From Macrostomum lignano (Eukaryota), in NCBI GenBank assembly GCA_002269645.1, contig NIVC01001668.1:189393-253392 (forward strand): a stretch of 64,000 nucleotides of DNA. The letters run 5' to 3'. Each line of letters begins with the position of its first letter. Position 1 is the first letter of the stretch. The notes below the pieces were generated by a model. The model saw only the letters and a program-made list of their open reading frames with translations, was not told where the DNA came from and searched no databases. The translations under genes and the position numbers were made by a program. Below are positions 1-14,149 of this stretch, in pieces.

Positions 1-1555
1 TCTATATGGCATCAGTTTGTTCATCTACAGATCCATCTATGGCATCAGTTTGTTCATCTACAGATCCATCTATGGCATCAGTTTGTTCATCTACAGATCC
101 ATCGATGGCATCAGTTTGTTCATCTACAGATCCATCTATGGCATCAGTTTGTTCATCTACAGATCCATCGATGGCATCAGTTTGTTCATCTACAGATCCA
201 TCGATGGCATCAGTTTGTTCATCTACAGACCCATCTATATGGCATCAGTTCATTCATCTACAGACCCATCTATATGGCATCAGTTCATTCATCTACAGAC
301 CCATCTATATGGCATCAGTTCATTCATCTACAGACCCATCTATATGGCATCAGTTCATTCATCTACAGACCCATCTATATGGCATCAGTTCATTCATCTA
401 CAGACCCATCTATATGGCATCAGTTCATTCATCTACAGACCCATCTATATGGCATCAGTTCATTCATCTACAGACCCATCTATATGGCATCAGTTCATTC
501 ATCTACAGACCCATCTATATGGCATCAGTTCATTCATCTACAGACCCATCTATATGGCATCAGTTCATTCATCTACAGACCCATCTATATGGCATCAGTT
601 CATTCATCTACAGACCCATCTATATGGCATCAGTTCATTCATCTACAGACCCATCTATATGGCATCAGTTCATTCATCTACAGACCCATCTATATGGCAT
701 CAGTTCATTCATCTACAGACCCATCTATATGGCATCAGTTCATTCATCTACAGACCCATCTATATGGCATCAGTTCATTCATCTACAGACCCATCTATAT
801 GGCATCAGTTCATTCATCTACAGACCCATCTATATGGCATCAGTTCATTCATCTACAGACCCATCTATATGGCATCAGTTCATTCATCTACAGACCCATC
901 TATATGGCATCAGTTCATTCATCTACAGACCCATCTATATGGCATCAGTTCATTCATCTACAGACCCATCTATATGGCATCAGTTCATTCATCTACAGAC
1001 CCATCTATATGGCATCAGTTCATTCATCTACAGACCCATCGATGGCATCAGTTTGTTCATCTACAGACCCATCGATGGCATCAGTTCATTCATCTACAGA
1101 CCCATCGATGGCATCAGTTCATTCATCTACAGACCCATCTATGGCATCAGTTCATTCATCTACAGACCCATCTATGGCATCAGTTCATTCATCTACAGAC
1201 CCATCTATGGCATCAGTTCATTCATCTACAGACCCATCTATGGCATCAGTTCATTCATCTACAGACCCATCTATGGCATCAGTTCATTCATCTACAGACC
1301 CATCTATGGCATCAGTTTGTTCATCTACAGACCCATCTATGGCATCAGTTTGTTCATCTACAGACCCATCTATGGCATCAGTTTGTTCATCTACAGACAC
1401 ATCTATGGCATCAGTTTATTCATCTACAGACCCATCTATGGCATCAGGCATCTACAGACCCATCTCTATGGCATCAGTTCATTCATCTACAGACCCATCG
1501 ATGGCATCAGTTTGTTCATCTACAGACCCATCTATGGCATCAGTTTGTTCATCCA
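1..1555. repeat. Minisatellite with a 33-bp unit (ATGGCATCAGTTCATTCATCTACAGACCCATCT) and a central block of 35-bp variants
   Basis: Unit read directly. The three long + ORFs (6-1604, 17-1570, 274-1563) are translations of the repeat. Confidence 0.97.
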
Positions 1556-2747
1556 TCAAATGACGATTAATTTGGACAGACAAACTACAGAAAAAGGCTC
1601 ATAAAAGCGAAAAGTGCTTTGCGTAGAAGCAGGCTACATAAAACTTCATCCGTTGGAAAAGGCGAATCAGTGAGTCTGCCAGCAGATGAAGACGGGACTA
1701 CTGACTGGACAACAACGCAAATGCCCACGCAGTTGACGAGGCAGTTCGCCCTTGACATTTCGCAACACTTCTAGCAACCTGCTGTCCAAAGTGAAATCTG
1801 GGAATTCCAGTCCAGTCCACCCATTGCTTCCCATAGAGCCATTGGCCGTTAATTTCAAGGGTATCTAGCAATAAGTAAGTGGCCCAGATGCTGTAGATCT
1901 GCATAAACACGCTAGCTCCAGCCTCCACTCGCTCCGTCTCCTCTTCTGCATTCCACAGAGCTGCAGCGAAAGCGAACAAAGAATGCGAAACAGCCTCCAC
2001 GCCAGAACAACGCCAGTAACGCGGTGCAGGTGCGCCAACTACGGCACCGCATGAACTTAGGAAGGCAAGCGTAGCAATTTCTATTCAGTTATTTTTCACT
2101 AATCAGAGTTGAACTAGCAGTTATCCCTCCGCTAGCCTCCCCCCTCCTCCAATCTCTCCCTTCTCTCCAATCTCAACCCCCCCTCGCCTGGGCATTCGGG
2201 CAGCTGACATTTGATTGATGGCATCGGCACCGAGGCGGATCTTCACCGCATTCAGCCTCAGCCGGCGTGTCCTATGCCGACGAAAGGTCGGTAAAGTGCA
2301 CAGGCACTGGATGGCTGGTTTGCTTAACAACCCATGCAACAACAGGTTCCTCGCAGCAGGTCGTCGCTATCTCCTGCGACCGATCTGCTGTCCTTATTAA
2401 CTCGCTTTTCTGCTGCTTTCAGGTCTTCTGCCAGCGTGTTTATTGTGGCTTTCTTTTTTGTCAAAGTTTCCGATCTCCCGACCGTTGGGGGGGGGAGGGG
2501 GGTCAAATTGATGGTGAACATTGGGATCTGAGGTAACAACACCACGGCGGGATGTCATCGAGTAGAGATTCGGCAAGTGCAACCTCAGGTCACAGGAAGG
2601 AAATACCTGTCACTGCCAGCCAAGCAATGGAATTTGCATTCCAGGTGTGCGAGTGCAGTTTCCAAATTAATAACGGGAAACATTTGCAAAAAAGTGCTTG
2701 AAGAAAAACCCATAGACATCTGAGTAAGAATTGAGAGGTAAAAACTG

Positions 2748-2920
2748 GGTGACACCTGGATTAGGCATATGAGTGACACCTAGATTAGTGACTAAAGTGA
2801 TACATGGATTTAGATATCGGAGTGACACCTGGATCAGGGATCAGAGTGACACTTGGATTAGGGATCGGAGTGACACCTGGATTAGGTATCGGAGTGACAC
2901 CTGGATTAGCGATCAGAGTC
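2748..2920. repeat. Degenerate ~24-bp tandem repeat (GAGTGACACCTGGATTAGGGATCG), about 7 copies
   Basis: GAGTGACACCTGGATTAG recurs at regular spacing. Confidence 0.8.
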
Positions 2921-3002
2921 ATATCTGAATGAAGGACCAAAAGGAAAGAACACGCACTCTCAGGATGCCCCTAACAAGTTTCCACCCCCAGCCCGCTCGA
3001 AC

Positions 3003-3147
3003 CTCATAGTCAAACTCGTCCACGGCATTGTAGAAATTGTCATCGAACGCCGCGTTGATGGCTCCGCACTCGAGATCTGTGAGCACCAGGTCCTGACTGC
3101 CGGACAGGCAGAGCGGCTGACGGGTGCCCGGCCGCTGCAGCTGGCAA
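3003..3147 (-). CDS. PDZRN3/4-like gene, internal exon ((F)CQLQRPGTRQPLCLSGSQDLVLTDLECGAINAAFDDNFYNAVDEFDYE)
   Basis: CCAG acceptor and GT donor. Phase matches the phase-2 donor at 3709. It ends in EFDYE, like the E/DxEYE motif preceding the second PDZ of PDZRN3/4. Confidence 0.75.
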
Positions 3148-3169
3148 CTGGACGAAGGGAGGTGGGATT

Positions 3170-3690
3170 TCAGTATAGGATCAAATTGGGATTTCAGTAT
3201 GGGATCTGATTGGGATTTCAGTATGGGATCTGATTGGGATTTCAGTATGGGATCTGATTGGGATTTCAGAATGGGATCTGATTGGGATTTCAGAATGGGA
3301 TCTGGTTGGGATTTCAGTATAGGATCTGATTGGGATTTCAGAATGGGATCTGATTGGGATTTCAGTATGGGATCTGGTTGGGATTTCAGTATGGGATCTG
3401 ATTGGGATTTCAGTATAGGATCTGGTTGGGATTTCAGAATGGGATCTGGTTGGGATTTCAGTATGGGATCTGGTTGGGATTTCAGTATGGGATCTCATTG
3501 GGATTTCAGTATGGGATCTGGTTGGGATTTTAGTATAGGATCTGATTTGGATTTCAGAATGGGATCTGATTGGGATTTCAGAATGGGATCTGGTTGGGAT
3601 TTCAGTATAGGATCTGATTGGGATTTCAGTATGGGATCTGGTTGGGATTTCAGTATAGGATCTGGTTGGGATTTCAGTATGGTTTCAGTA
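3170..3690. repeat. 24-bp minisatellite (TGGGATTTCAGTATGGGATCTGAT) filling an intron of the PDZ gene
   Basis: Unit read directly. It lies between the donor at 3708 and the acceptor at 3148. Confidence 0.95.
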
Positions 3691-3708
3691 TGATTTCAGT
3701 ATACTCAC

Positions 3709-4217
3709 AACCCATTACTACTGCCGCCTGCGGCTGCGACAGGAAGGAAGCCTTGGTGATGGTAATGAAATTCTGGTTGCATGACAGCCTGTGGCAGTGG
3801 CGGCGGTGGCGGCGGCGGCGGCGGCGGTGGTGGAGGTGCCACGGTGGGGCAGCGCCATCCGCCTCCTTCGCTGCCAGCAAAGCTGCTGCCGCTGTCCTGG
3901 AAGCTCGGCGACACGCGCGATCCCGACCCCGAGCCTCGGCGTTGCACCGGCGACGTCTTCTTGGCGGCGGCGACTGAAGGCGGCGGTGGCGTTGGCGAGT
4001 TCCTGGAGGGCCCGGTTGGCACCTGCGGTAGAGGCTTCAACGGAGGCGGCGGAATCCGCAGGGGCTGCTGAACCGCTTGCTGTTGGTGCTGGCGTTGGTG
4101 CTGCTGGTGGGGGCTGTCTGGCTGTCGAACGACCTGCACGATGATTGGCTCGCGAGCGCAACGGAACGCCTCGACGGCCTCCTCGTGAGTTGCATTGCTC
4201 AAGTCTTGCCCGTTCAC
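3709..4217 (-). CDS. PDZRN3/4 (LNX3/4)-like exon: C-terminal half of a PDZ domain plus Q/P-rich linker
   Basis: [32 protein letters not shown] closely matches PDZRN3/4 PDZ1 (VNGxDLSxATHxxAVEAFxxAKEPIVVQVLRR). CAG acceptor, GTGAGT donor, 509 bp (phase 0 to phase 2). Confidence 0.88.
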
Positions 4218-4334
4218 CTGGGGTGGGAGCGAAGATTTTGAAACTCATTTGATGATGGGATCAAATGGGATGCTGAGTCTCATCGGGATCTGCTTCCGAT
4301 TGGCAAAGAAAAAGTCGGCTTCGATTCTAAATTT

Positions 4335-6365
4335 TGTCACTCTGGAACTCTAATAAACTCTCCTGTGATTATTTGTCACTCTGGAACCCTAATAAACTCT
4401 CCTGTGATTATTTGTCACTCTGGAACCCTAATGAACTCTCCTGTGATTGTTTGTCACTCTGGAACCCTAATGAACTCTCCTGCAATTGTTTGTCACTCTG
4501 GAACCCTAATGAACTCTCCTACAATTGTTTGTCACTCTGGAACCCTAATGAACTCTCCTGTGATTGTTTGTCACTCTTGGTACCCTAATGAACTCTCCTG
4601 CAATTGTTTGTCACTCTGGAACCCTAATGAACTCTCCTGTGATTGTTTGTCACTCTTGGTACCCTAATGAACTCTCCTGCAATTGTTTGTCACTCTGGAA
4701 CCCTAATGAACTCTCCTGCAATTGTTTGTCACTCTGGAACCCTAATGAACTCTCCTGTGATTGTTTGTCACTCTTGGAACCCTAATGAACTTCCTGTAAT
4801 TATTTGTCACTCTTGGAACCCTAATGAACTCTCCTGTAATTATTTGTCACTCTGGAACCCTAATGAACTCTCCTGTGATTGTTTGTCACTCTTGGTACCC
4901 TAATGAACTCTCCTGCAATTGTTTGTCACTCTGGAACCCTAATGAACTCTCCTGCAATTGTTTGTCACTCTGGAACCCTAATGAACTCTCCTGCAATTGT
5001 TTGTCACTCTGGAACCCTAATGAACTCTCCTGTAATTGTTTGTCACTCTTGGTACCCTAATGAACTCTCCTGCAATTGTTTGTCACTCTGGAACCCTAAT
5101 GAACTCTCCTGTGATTGTTTGTCACTCTGGAACCCTAATGAACTCTCCTGTGATTGTTTGTCACTCTTGGAACCCTAATGAACTCTCCTGTAATTATTTG
5201 TCACTCTGGAACCCTACTGAACTCTCCTGTGATTTTTTGTCACTCTTGGAACCCTAATGAACTCTCCTGTAATTATTTGTCACACTGGAACCCTAATGAA
5301 CTCTCCTGTGATTTTTTGTCACTCTGGAACCCTCATGAACTCTCCTGTAATTATTTGTCACTCTGGAACCCTAATGAACTCTCCTGCAATTGTTTGTCAC
5401 TCTGGAACCCTAATGAACTCTCCTGCAATTATTTGTCACTCTGGAACCCTCATGAACTCTCCTGTGATTGTTTGTCACTCTGGAACCCTAATGAACTCTC
5501 CTGCAATTGTTTGTCACTCTGGAACCCTAATGAACTCTCCTGCAATTGTTTGTCACTCTGGAACCCTAATGAACTCTCCTGTGATTGTTTGTCACTCTTG
5601 GTACCCTAATGAACTCTCCTACAATTGTTTGTCACTCTGGAACCCTAATGAACTCTCCTACAATTGTTTGTCACTCTGGAACCCTAATGAACTCTCCTGC
5701 AATTGTTTGTCACTCTGGAACCCTAATGAACTCTCCTGCAATTGTTTGTCACTCTGGAACCCTAATGAACTCTCCTGCAATTGTTTGTCACTCTGGAACC
5801 CTAATGAACTCTCCTGTGATTGTTTGTCACTCTTGGTACCCTAATGAACTCTCCTGCAATTGTTTGTCACTCTGGAACCCTAATGAACTCTCCTGCAATT
5901 GTTTGTCACTCTGGAACCCTAATGAACTCTCCTGTGATTTTTTGTCACTCTTGGAACCCTAATGAACTCTCCTGTAATTATTTGTCACTCTGGAACCCTA
6001 ATGAACTCTCCTGTGATTTTTTGTCACTCTTGGAACCCTAATGAACTCTCCTGTAATTATTTGTCACACTGGAACCCTAATGAACTCTCCTGTGATTTTT
6101 TGTCACTCTGGAACCCTCATGAACTCTCCTGTAATTATTTGTCACTCTGGAACCCTCATGAACTCTCCTGCAATTGTTTGTCACTCTGGAACCCTAATGA
6201 ACTCTCCTGAAATTATTTGTCACTCTGGAACCCTCATGAACTCTTCTGTAATTGTTTGTCACTCTGGAACCCTAATGAACTCTCCTGCAATTGTTTGTCA
6301 CTCTGGAACCCTAATGAACTCTCCTGTGATTGTTTGTCACTCTTGGTACCCTAATGAACTCTCCT
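4335..6365. repeat. 39/40-bp minisatellite (TGTCACTCTGGAACCCTAATGAACTCTCCTGCAATTGTT)
   Basis: Unit read directly. Periodic 40-bp variants (CTCTTGG) break the reading frames. Confidence 0.97.
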
Positions 6366-7825
6366 GTGTGCTCGAATTTTGTTCCTATCACTCGGGAACT
6401 CAATTTGATTTTTCGTTCCCTCTGGAACCCCAAAAAACTCACCTCTGCACTTAGTGTTTGTTACTGTTATCTGAAAACATAAACTATATAATTTACAATC
6501 TTGATAAGTCAACAGATTATCTAACATAAATCAACAGATCTGCCAGAGATACCGGACAGGCCATTAGATACTGTTATACAAGAGATCAAACAGACAAATC
6601 TCATTAAATTTTTGCTTTAATTCAAACTTCTACTGTAGCCGCAAACAACATTACACATCCATGGTGCAACCGAGTGTAGAGGCAAAGTTTAGCCAAGTAT
6701 GATGAAGAATAAAACGTATTCATTGTATATGCGAACCCCCCCCCATGCAAAGGTGGAGGCGGCATCGCCTTTGAAGAATCTTGAGGGGGGGCTTGCCTGC
6801 CTGCCTGACTGACTGGCTGGCTGACTAGAGGGACCGCTTGTTCGAGCGGGTGTGCAAGCATTGTTACGTAATCAGTGGGGCTGGGCGGCACAGCCATGCC
6901 ATCGGGGCTGACACGGCGAAAAAAACTGCTTTCACAGGGGCCGGCAAGGAGGGCCTCTGCCTAGTCAATATCGATCCACCTGCCTGCCAGCGGGATAGGG
7001 GAAAGAATTACAAGTTATGGTGTGGGAATGCGCCCATCTGCCAGGAAGAACAGAGAGAATCGCACTTGCTCCCCGCAGATACTGTAGCTAATATTCGATC
7101 TGGGCTATGCTGCATCATTGAACTCGGCCCACCTGTAACTTGCCTATCTGCCAGTACAGTCACTCTGGACTACACGAATACAGATTCCAGGGACTGCTAA
7201 GGGAAGGTGCCGCAACTCTCTAGTCTGGGCCGTCCGCAGCACTGCATGGTGGGGAGATAAGTTTAAATCTTCTGCGGAAATTTACCCGACGAAGGCCCCG
7301 GAATCGTCCGGAGAATTCGCTATCCGCTCCGACTGGTCCCACAGCCCCCTACCCGAGGCCCGCACTTTTTCTGTTTACCGCCGCCTCTCTCCCGGCTACA
7401 GGCTGGCAGGTGATGGTGGATGAGGGGGGGGGACTGCAGAATTTCTGCTAGCTATTGCTGGAAAAATGCCCCCCCCCCGACAGCCTCTAGAGGATAGCAG
7501 CGCTAGTAATTACTACGGAGGGAGGAAGGTAGCTGGATTTCTGCAGAAGCGAACGGGCGGTCCTGGCGATAATGAAGCCGACCGCTGGGGGCCTAGCGGT
7601 GTAGCAGACTGTAGCCCGCAGATTCTTTGCCTTCCCTCCGCTGGCTTGCGGCCATAGACAGTTGATGAGGGAGCGGCCGACGCGGCTCGTAGATTAAATT
7701 TAACAATTCGGCGGCTTGGTGAACTTATTGGGGATGTTCGGGTGGTCTGAGGACTGTGGCTGGCTTGACAGCTAAATTCATCGCGCCAGTCTGCTGAGGA
7801 ATCGCGACAGCTGCGGTAGCTGTCC

Positions 7826-7987
<162 letters not shown>

Positions 7988-8769
7988 TTAAGCTCTGTAT
8001 TCTAATTAATTTAACATTCATGTGTAGTCGTAAAAGAAATGAATCAAAATAAAGGTCAGCTGAGTTCACTCAGGCCCAGGCCCAGCAACTGCAGCCGGGC
8101 CTGTGTCTCCGCCCCCTCTTCTGCCATAGCTTCAGCTGCATAGGATAGGGCATGCTACGTCGATTGAATCGAATTACGTAACTGATTGGATCGAAAGAGG
8201 CGGCCAAGCGGGCTGGAACAGCTGTGCTCCTACAGTTCGAATCGAATAGTTGCTCAACTACTACAGGATTTGCTCAGTTGACTCGGCCGCTGTTACAAGA
8301 GATTGCTCAAGTCATGCTCTGTCCGGGATGCGGTCGCGCGCGAGCTTAAACAACAAGCCGCTATGCACCAATTGGCGCTGAGCTCATATTGAGTGTGAGT
8401 CATGGACGCACCGGTGAGGGCGAGACCATTGGGATTGTGGGGTCAATTTCGCCTATGCATGGGTCTTCTCAATATTTACTGTTTCAAAAGTAATCCAGCA
8501 GATTACAATTGCAATTTAAATATATTGTGTAATATAGTATATAAGTATATATAGACAACTAAAATTTTAGTATATAGGACTAGCAATCTGCGCCCCCCGT
8601 GGGTGGGGGTAATAAATGAGAGAATAAATATTATTTAATTTTAACTTCAGCATCAGCTCTGAAAGACAGCTATCCAGCCTAAGATATCAGCATTTCCCTG
8701 TGAGCTTTGACATCAAAGCCTCCCTTTAAGCCGTGGCCTTACCATAACTCTTACACTCTTCTTGGTGCT

Positions 8770-10205
8770 TGGATGAGATGGGACTCTGCTACTATCATCT
8801 TGGAGGAGATGGGACTCAACTACTATCATCTTGGATGAGATGGGACTCAACTACTATCATCTTGGATGAGATGGGACTCAACTACTATCATCTTGGATGA
8901 GATGGGACTCAACTACTATCATCTTGGATGAGATGGGACTCAACTACTATCATCTTGGATGAGATGGGACTCAACTACTATCATCTTGGATGAGATGGGA
9001 CTCAACTACGCTCGTACTATCATTTTGGATGAGATGGGACTGAGCTACTATCATTTTGGATGAGATGGAACTCAACTACTATCATCTTGAATGAGATGGG
9101 ACTCAACTATCATTTTGGATGAGATAGGACTCAGCTACAATCATCTTGAATGAGATGGGACTCAACTACTATCATTTTGGAAGAAATGGGACTCAACTAC
9201 TATCATCTTGGATGTAATGGGACTCAACTACTATCATTTTGGAAGAAATGGGACTCAACTACTATCATCTTGGATGTAATGGGACTCAACTACTATCATC
9301 TTGGATGTAATGGGACTCAACTACTATCATTTTGGAAGAAATGGGACTCAACTACTATCATCTTGGATGTAATGGGACTCAACTATCATCTTGGATGATA
9401 TAGGATTCAGCTACAATCATCGTGAATGAGATGGGACTCAACTATCATCTTGGATGAGATAGGATTCAGCTACAATCATCGTGAATGAGATGGGACTCAA
9501 CTATCATCTTGGATGAGATAGGACTCAGCTACAATCATCTTGAATGAGATGGGACTCAACTATCATCTTGGATGAGATAGGATTCAGCTACAATCATCGT
9601 GAATGAGATGGGACTCAACTATCATCTTGGATGAGATGGGACTCAGCTACAATCATCGTGAATGAGATGGGACTCAACTATCATCTTGGATGATATAGGA
9701 TTCAGCTACAATCATCGTGAATGAGATGGGACTCAACTATCATCTTGGATGAGATAGGATTCAGCTACAATCATCGTGAATGAGATGGGACTCAACTATC
9801 ATCTTGGATGAGATAGGATTCAGCTACAATCATCTTGAATGAGATGGGACTCAACTATCATCTTGGATGAGATGATTCAGCTACAATCATCGTGAATGAG
9901 ATGGGACTCAACTATCATCTTGGATGAGATAGGATTCAGCTACAATAATCTTGAATGAGATGGGACTCAACTATCATCTTGGATGAGATAGGATTCAGCT
10001 ACAATCATCTTGAATGAGATGGGACTCAACTATCATCTTGGATGAGATAGGATTCAGCTACAATCATCGTGAATGAGATGGGACTCAACTATCATCTTGG
10101 ATGAGATGGGACTCAGCTACAATCATCGTGAATGAGATGGGACTCAACTATCATCTTGGATGAGATAGGATTCAGCTACAATCATCTTGAATGAGATGGG
10201 ACTCA
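8770..10205. repeat. 31-bp minisatellite (GGATGAGATGGGACTCAACTACTATCATCTT) grading into a 28+31 = 59-bp dimeric unit
   Basis: Unit read directly. Alternation of the two sub-units starts at about 9380. Confidence 0.95.
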
Positions 10206-11959
10206 AATTTCTAAAACTTGTCAGTCTGAGTTTTGGAAAATCCGGGCCTTCAAAAAGAGATCTCCTAGAAAAAAAGAATGCTGTTTATTTGCTTCTGGTT
10301 GTGATTTGGTCCTGAGCGAAGCAGCAGCATCTGATCTAAAATAAATAAAATATTACCTTTAGAATTATGAAGTCCATTGTGTGCTTGAAATTGTTAAATT
10401 ATCAATTTCAGATGGCTGATCGAACCGAGAGCTGCGCTGTCGAAATCAAAGATGAAGCCTCTTTTAATTGCTTGAAATTTCGGACATTATTTCCGGTGAT
10501 TATTCTATGTCGGAACTGGACTTAGCAGGAATAAAGTGACTAGTCTACATGCCAACTTCGATATTCTGTTTTGCTGCAACAAGCCTTCTAGAAGTAAGTT
10601 GTTCATCGACCCCCACCCCAGTTATATGCCCGACCCATTCTATCAGCTTCAGTTTTTCATTGGCTGCATCAGGCCTTCCTCGTGTAGTTCTGACAGTTTT
10701 CTGCAATCTTTACATCAGTATATTTTATGGCTTAACTTGCTTTACTTACTACTGCACACCAGATTAGTCAGTAGCTTAATCGACCGTGGCAAGTATTTCT
10801 TTCCAAATGAAAAACCAACAAAAAATCGGAAACGGGGCGCTTTGCTGATTCCGAAGCGGGGCAGACAGACTGACTGACTGACTGACTGATTTAGAGAAAT
10901 TTTGCCTCCAGAAATTTCTTCTGACGGGCGAACTTCTCTCGCAGGGGGGGTGAGCTTAGGGGGGAGGGGCATGCAGTGACTCATCTTGAGTTGCCGAAGT
11001 CCCCGAGCCCGTTATTAGCTAGCTGATTCACTGAATCGATCCAAAGCGAACCGAACCCGATGAGCTCTGGCCAGACAGACTTATTCAATTGAACATAAAT
11101 TTCTCGGGAATTCTTTCGGCTCCCTGAATCCTACAGGAAATTTCTCCTTTAATGGAAACTCGCTGCGAGCCCAAAAGTCCTTGAACTGAACCTAATAGCA
11201 CAGACAGAGAGGGAGATCATTTGAAAAGTTGAATTAGAATTTTTTGCATCCGGGAATGGCCTCCGGTTATCGAGGATCTTCCCAAACTGCGGGCGGCTGA
11301 GCTTCCCTCTTCCATCTCAGAGTCATTACTCGACAGGCCTGCCCTCGAGCTGCACTGACTCACGCATAACATTATCGGGGAAGTGAGCCTTAAAATCCTT
11401 CCCTATAGTCGAAGGCAGGATCATCCCGCGGGAACATTGGGGATTTTCCGGTAAAGAAACGGACTAAAAAGAAGGCAAAGAGCTGGGAGCCGATCTCAGC
11501 TGCCTCATCTACATTCTGGTTAAGCCTGTATTATAAATGAGCAACAACAACAGGGCATGGACCTTCAGATTCAATTTCCTGAGCATAGCAAATTCAACTC
11601 TGGCAGCATGTGACTGGCTATTTGTCACCCGCTTCCTCAGTCTTGGCTACTCAAGCTCAGAAAACCGGACATTCCTTCCGCAGTGCAGCTCAGCGCGTAC
11701 AGTCAGCTAAGGCCACGCCCTGAGTGACGATTTTGATTGACAGGTGAGGAGCCGCTCACCAACCAACCCACTCACCCAGCCCTAAATGCTGTCTGAATGC
11801 ACAGCCGCTTATGAAACAGAAGGAGTGACTGAGCAGAGAGGGCTAGCTCATTGGCACTGTGGACTGCAGCCCAATGGTTGAGAGAAAAAGTGCAATGCTA
11901 GCGTCTAATGAACGCTGAGCTGCCATTCTCAAAGGAAAATATTCCCAGAGAAGAGAATC

Positions 11960-13065
11960 TCACAGGACAGGGGAGAGACTCACAGGACAGGAGAGATAGA
12001 GACTCTCACGGGACAGGAGAGATAGACTCTCACGGGACAGGAGAAATAGACTCTCACGGGACAGGGAGAGACTCTCACAGGACAGGGAGAGACTCTCACA
12101 GGACAGGGGAGAGACTCTCACAAGACAGGGGAGACACTCACGGGACAGGCGGACAGGGGAGAGACTCTGAAAGGACAGGGGAGAGACTCTCACAGGACAG
12201 GGGAGAGAATCTCACAGGACAGGGGAGAGACTCTCACAGGACAGGGAAGAGACTCTCACAGGACAGGGAAGAGACTCTCACAGGACAGGGGAGAGACTCT
12301 CACAGGACAGGGGAGAGACTCTGAAAGGACAGGGGAGAGACTCTCACAGGACAGGGGAGAGAATCTCACAGGACAGGGGAGAGACTCTCACAGGACAGGG
12401 AAGAGACTCTCACAGGACAGGGAAGAGACTCTCACAGGACAGGGGAGAGACTCTCACAGGACAGGGGAGAGACTCTGAAAGGACAGGGGAGAGACTCTCA
12501 AAGGACAGGGGAGAGAATCTCACAGGACAGGGGAGAGACTCTCACAGGACAGGGAAGAGACTCTCACAGGACAGGGAAGAGACTCTCACAGGACAGGGGA
12601 GAGACTCTCACAGGACAGGGGAGAGACTCTCACAGGACAGGGGAGACTCTCACAGGACAGGGGAGAGACTCTCACAGGACAGGGGAGAGACTCTGAAAGG
12701 ACAGGGGAGAGACTCTCACAGGACAGGGGAGAGAATCTCACAGGACAGGGGAGATAGAGACTCTCGCAGGACAGGGAAGAGACTCTCACAGGACAGGGGA
12801 GATAGAGACTCTCACAGGACAGGGGAGAGACTCTCACAGGACAGGGGAGAGACTCTGAAAGGACAGGGGAGAGACTCTCACAGGACAGGGGAGAGAATCT
12901 CACAGGACAGGGGAGATAGAGACTCTCACAGGACAGGGAAGAGACTCTCACAGGACAGGGGAGATAGAGACTCTCACAGGACAGGGAAGAGACTCTCACT
13001 GGACAGGGAAGAGACTCTGAAAGGACAGGGGAGAGACTCACTGGACAGGGAAGAGACTCTCACAG
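11960..13065 (+). repeat. ~22-bp minisatellite (GGACAGGGGAGAGACTCTCACA)
   Basis: Read directly, with 21-26 bp variants. Confidence 0.95.
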
Positions 13066-14149
13066 AACAAACTCAACTGAATCTTCAATAATCTGTCGGT
13101 AGCTGACTTGGCCCTGTTATCAATGGATAATGGGATAATTCTGAGGCAATAAATCCCGAGGCCAAATTACTACTACCCAGCAACACTAGGCCCTCATTTG
13201 TTAGGCTTTAATTTTACGATTATGCTGCTAAACAACCTTAGCGGACCTATCGATGTTAGCTTTGCTTCTTAAACCGAGTTTTACGAGGGCATTATTACCC
13301 AGGCCCTCAACCTCTCTCCTGGGGGTGTCATGTCATCTTTCAGCTCTTTATCGCGGTGGAAAGGGAGGGGATAGCGGTTGTTCCCAAAACTGGCCTTTCG
13401 AAAGGAGGGGGCACAGATGGCCCGCGGATTTGGGATTATCGGGGTGTGCGACTCTGCGTGTCTTTTTGACCCGACGGAGGAGGCGGCATCCTCTGTGATG
13501 CGTGATAGTCCTCCGCTGCCGCCCAAGCCTCGGCGGCAAACATCAAAGAGAATCGGCGGCGGTCCCTTCCCCCAGCATCTTTCCCTGCAATTGGGCTGTT
13601 CCTCTGCAGCTCGGGCAGCTGCCGGGTCAAAAGCCAAGGCCCTTTTTGTTTAGGCCATATATCTATCTATTAGTTAGCTTGCACAGCCGGGCTGCTTTAG
13701 TTGATGGCTTCACACGCTTGCGACTGTCAGCGCATTGCTAAGAGGGTTGGAGGGACATTGCGGACTCTGCCGCGGCCTGGAGCGAATGGAATGCAGAGAA
13801 TTTCTTTCACCCAGGCCATTGCAGCGGTTCTTCTTCAGCAAGCGATGTCAGTCATACTTCTGCCGCCTATTAATACTGCCGAATAGCAGAGGGCTGGGCT
13901 GGATGCGTGACAAAAAGATTTATAATAAAACTGTGTAATTATCATTGGGCTCGTTTGAAGCTGTACAGTTTATGGGCATGATGTCGTGGACTTCGTTTTC
14001 TACTAAAAGCCTGGACTGGAAGCCAAGGAGCGAAACTTGAAACTTGAGCAGAATTAGAAAATTCGAAAATAGATTATTTAACTCTCGTAGTGCGTCCAGT
14101 CCCAGGCAGATTTTTTCAGGAAACATGGCACCAGACATGACTGAATCTC

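Noticed and set aside
6-1604. Long ORFs of 429-532 aa
   Set aside because: They are translations of a stop-free 33/35-bp minisatellite, open in all three frames, with no coding signal.
2324-2545. Coiled-coil-like peptide (INTLAEDLKAAEKRV), a possible exon or LINE ORF1 remnant
   Set aside because: No compatible splice sites and no recognisable family.
3124-3693. WDFSMGSD repeat protein on the + strand
   Set aside because: It is a 24-bp minisatellite inside a well-defined minus-strand intron.
4334-6454. Series of Cys/His-rich ORFs and a CRISPR-like regularity
   Set aside because: This is a 39/40-bp tandem repeat with no unique spacers and no cas genes, in an intron of a eukaryotic gene.
6838-7200. 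IGADTAKKTAFTG, resembling the Gypsy RT KTAF motif
   Set aside because: No YxDD or other RT motif follows, so the match is too short to support.
13253-13741. Overlapping ORFs in the spacer between the inverted satellites (includes PPLPPKP)
   Set aside because: Short, GC-rich and on both strands, with no domain or splice support.
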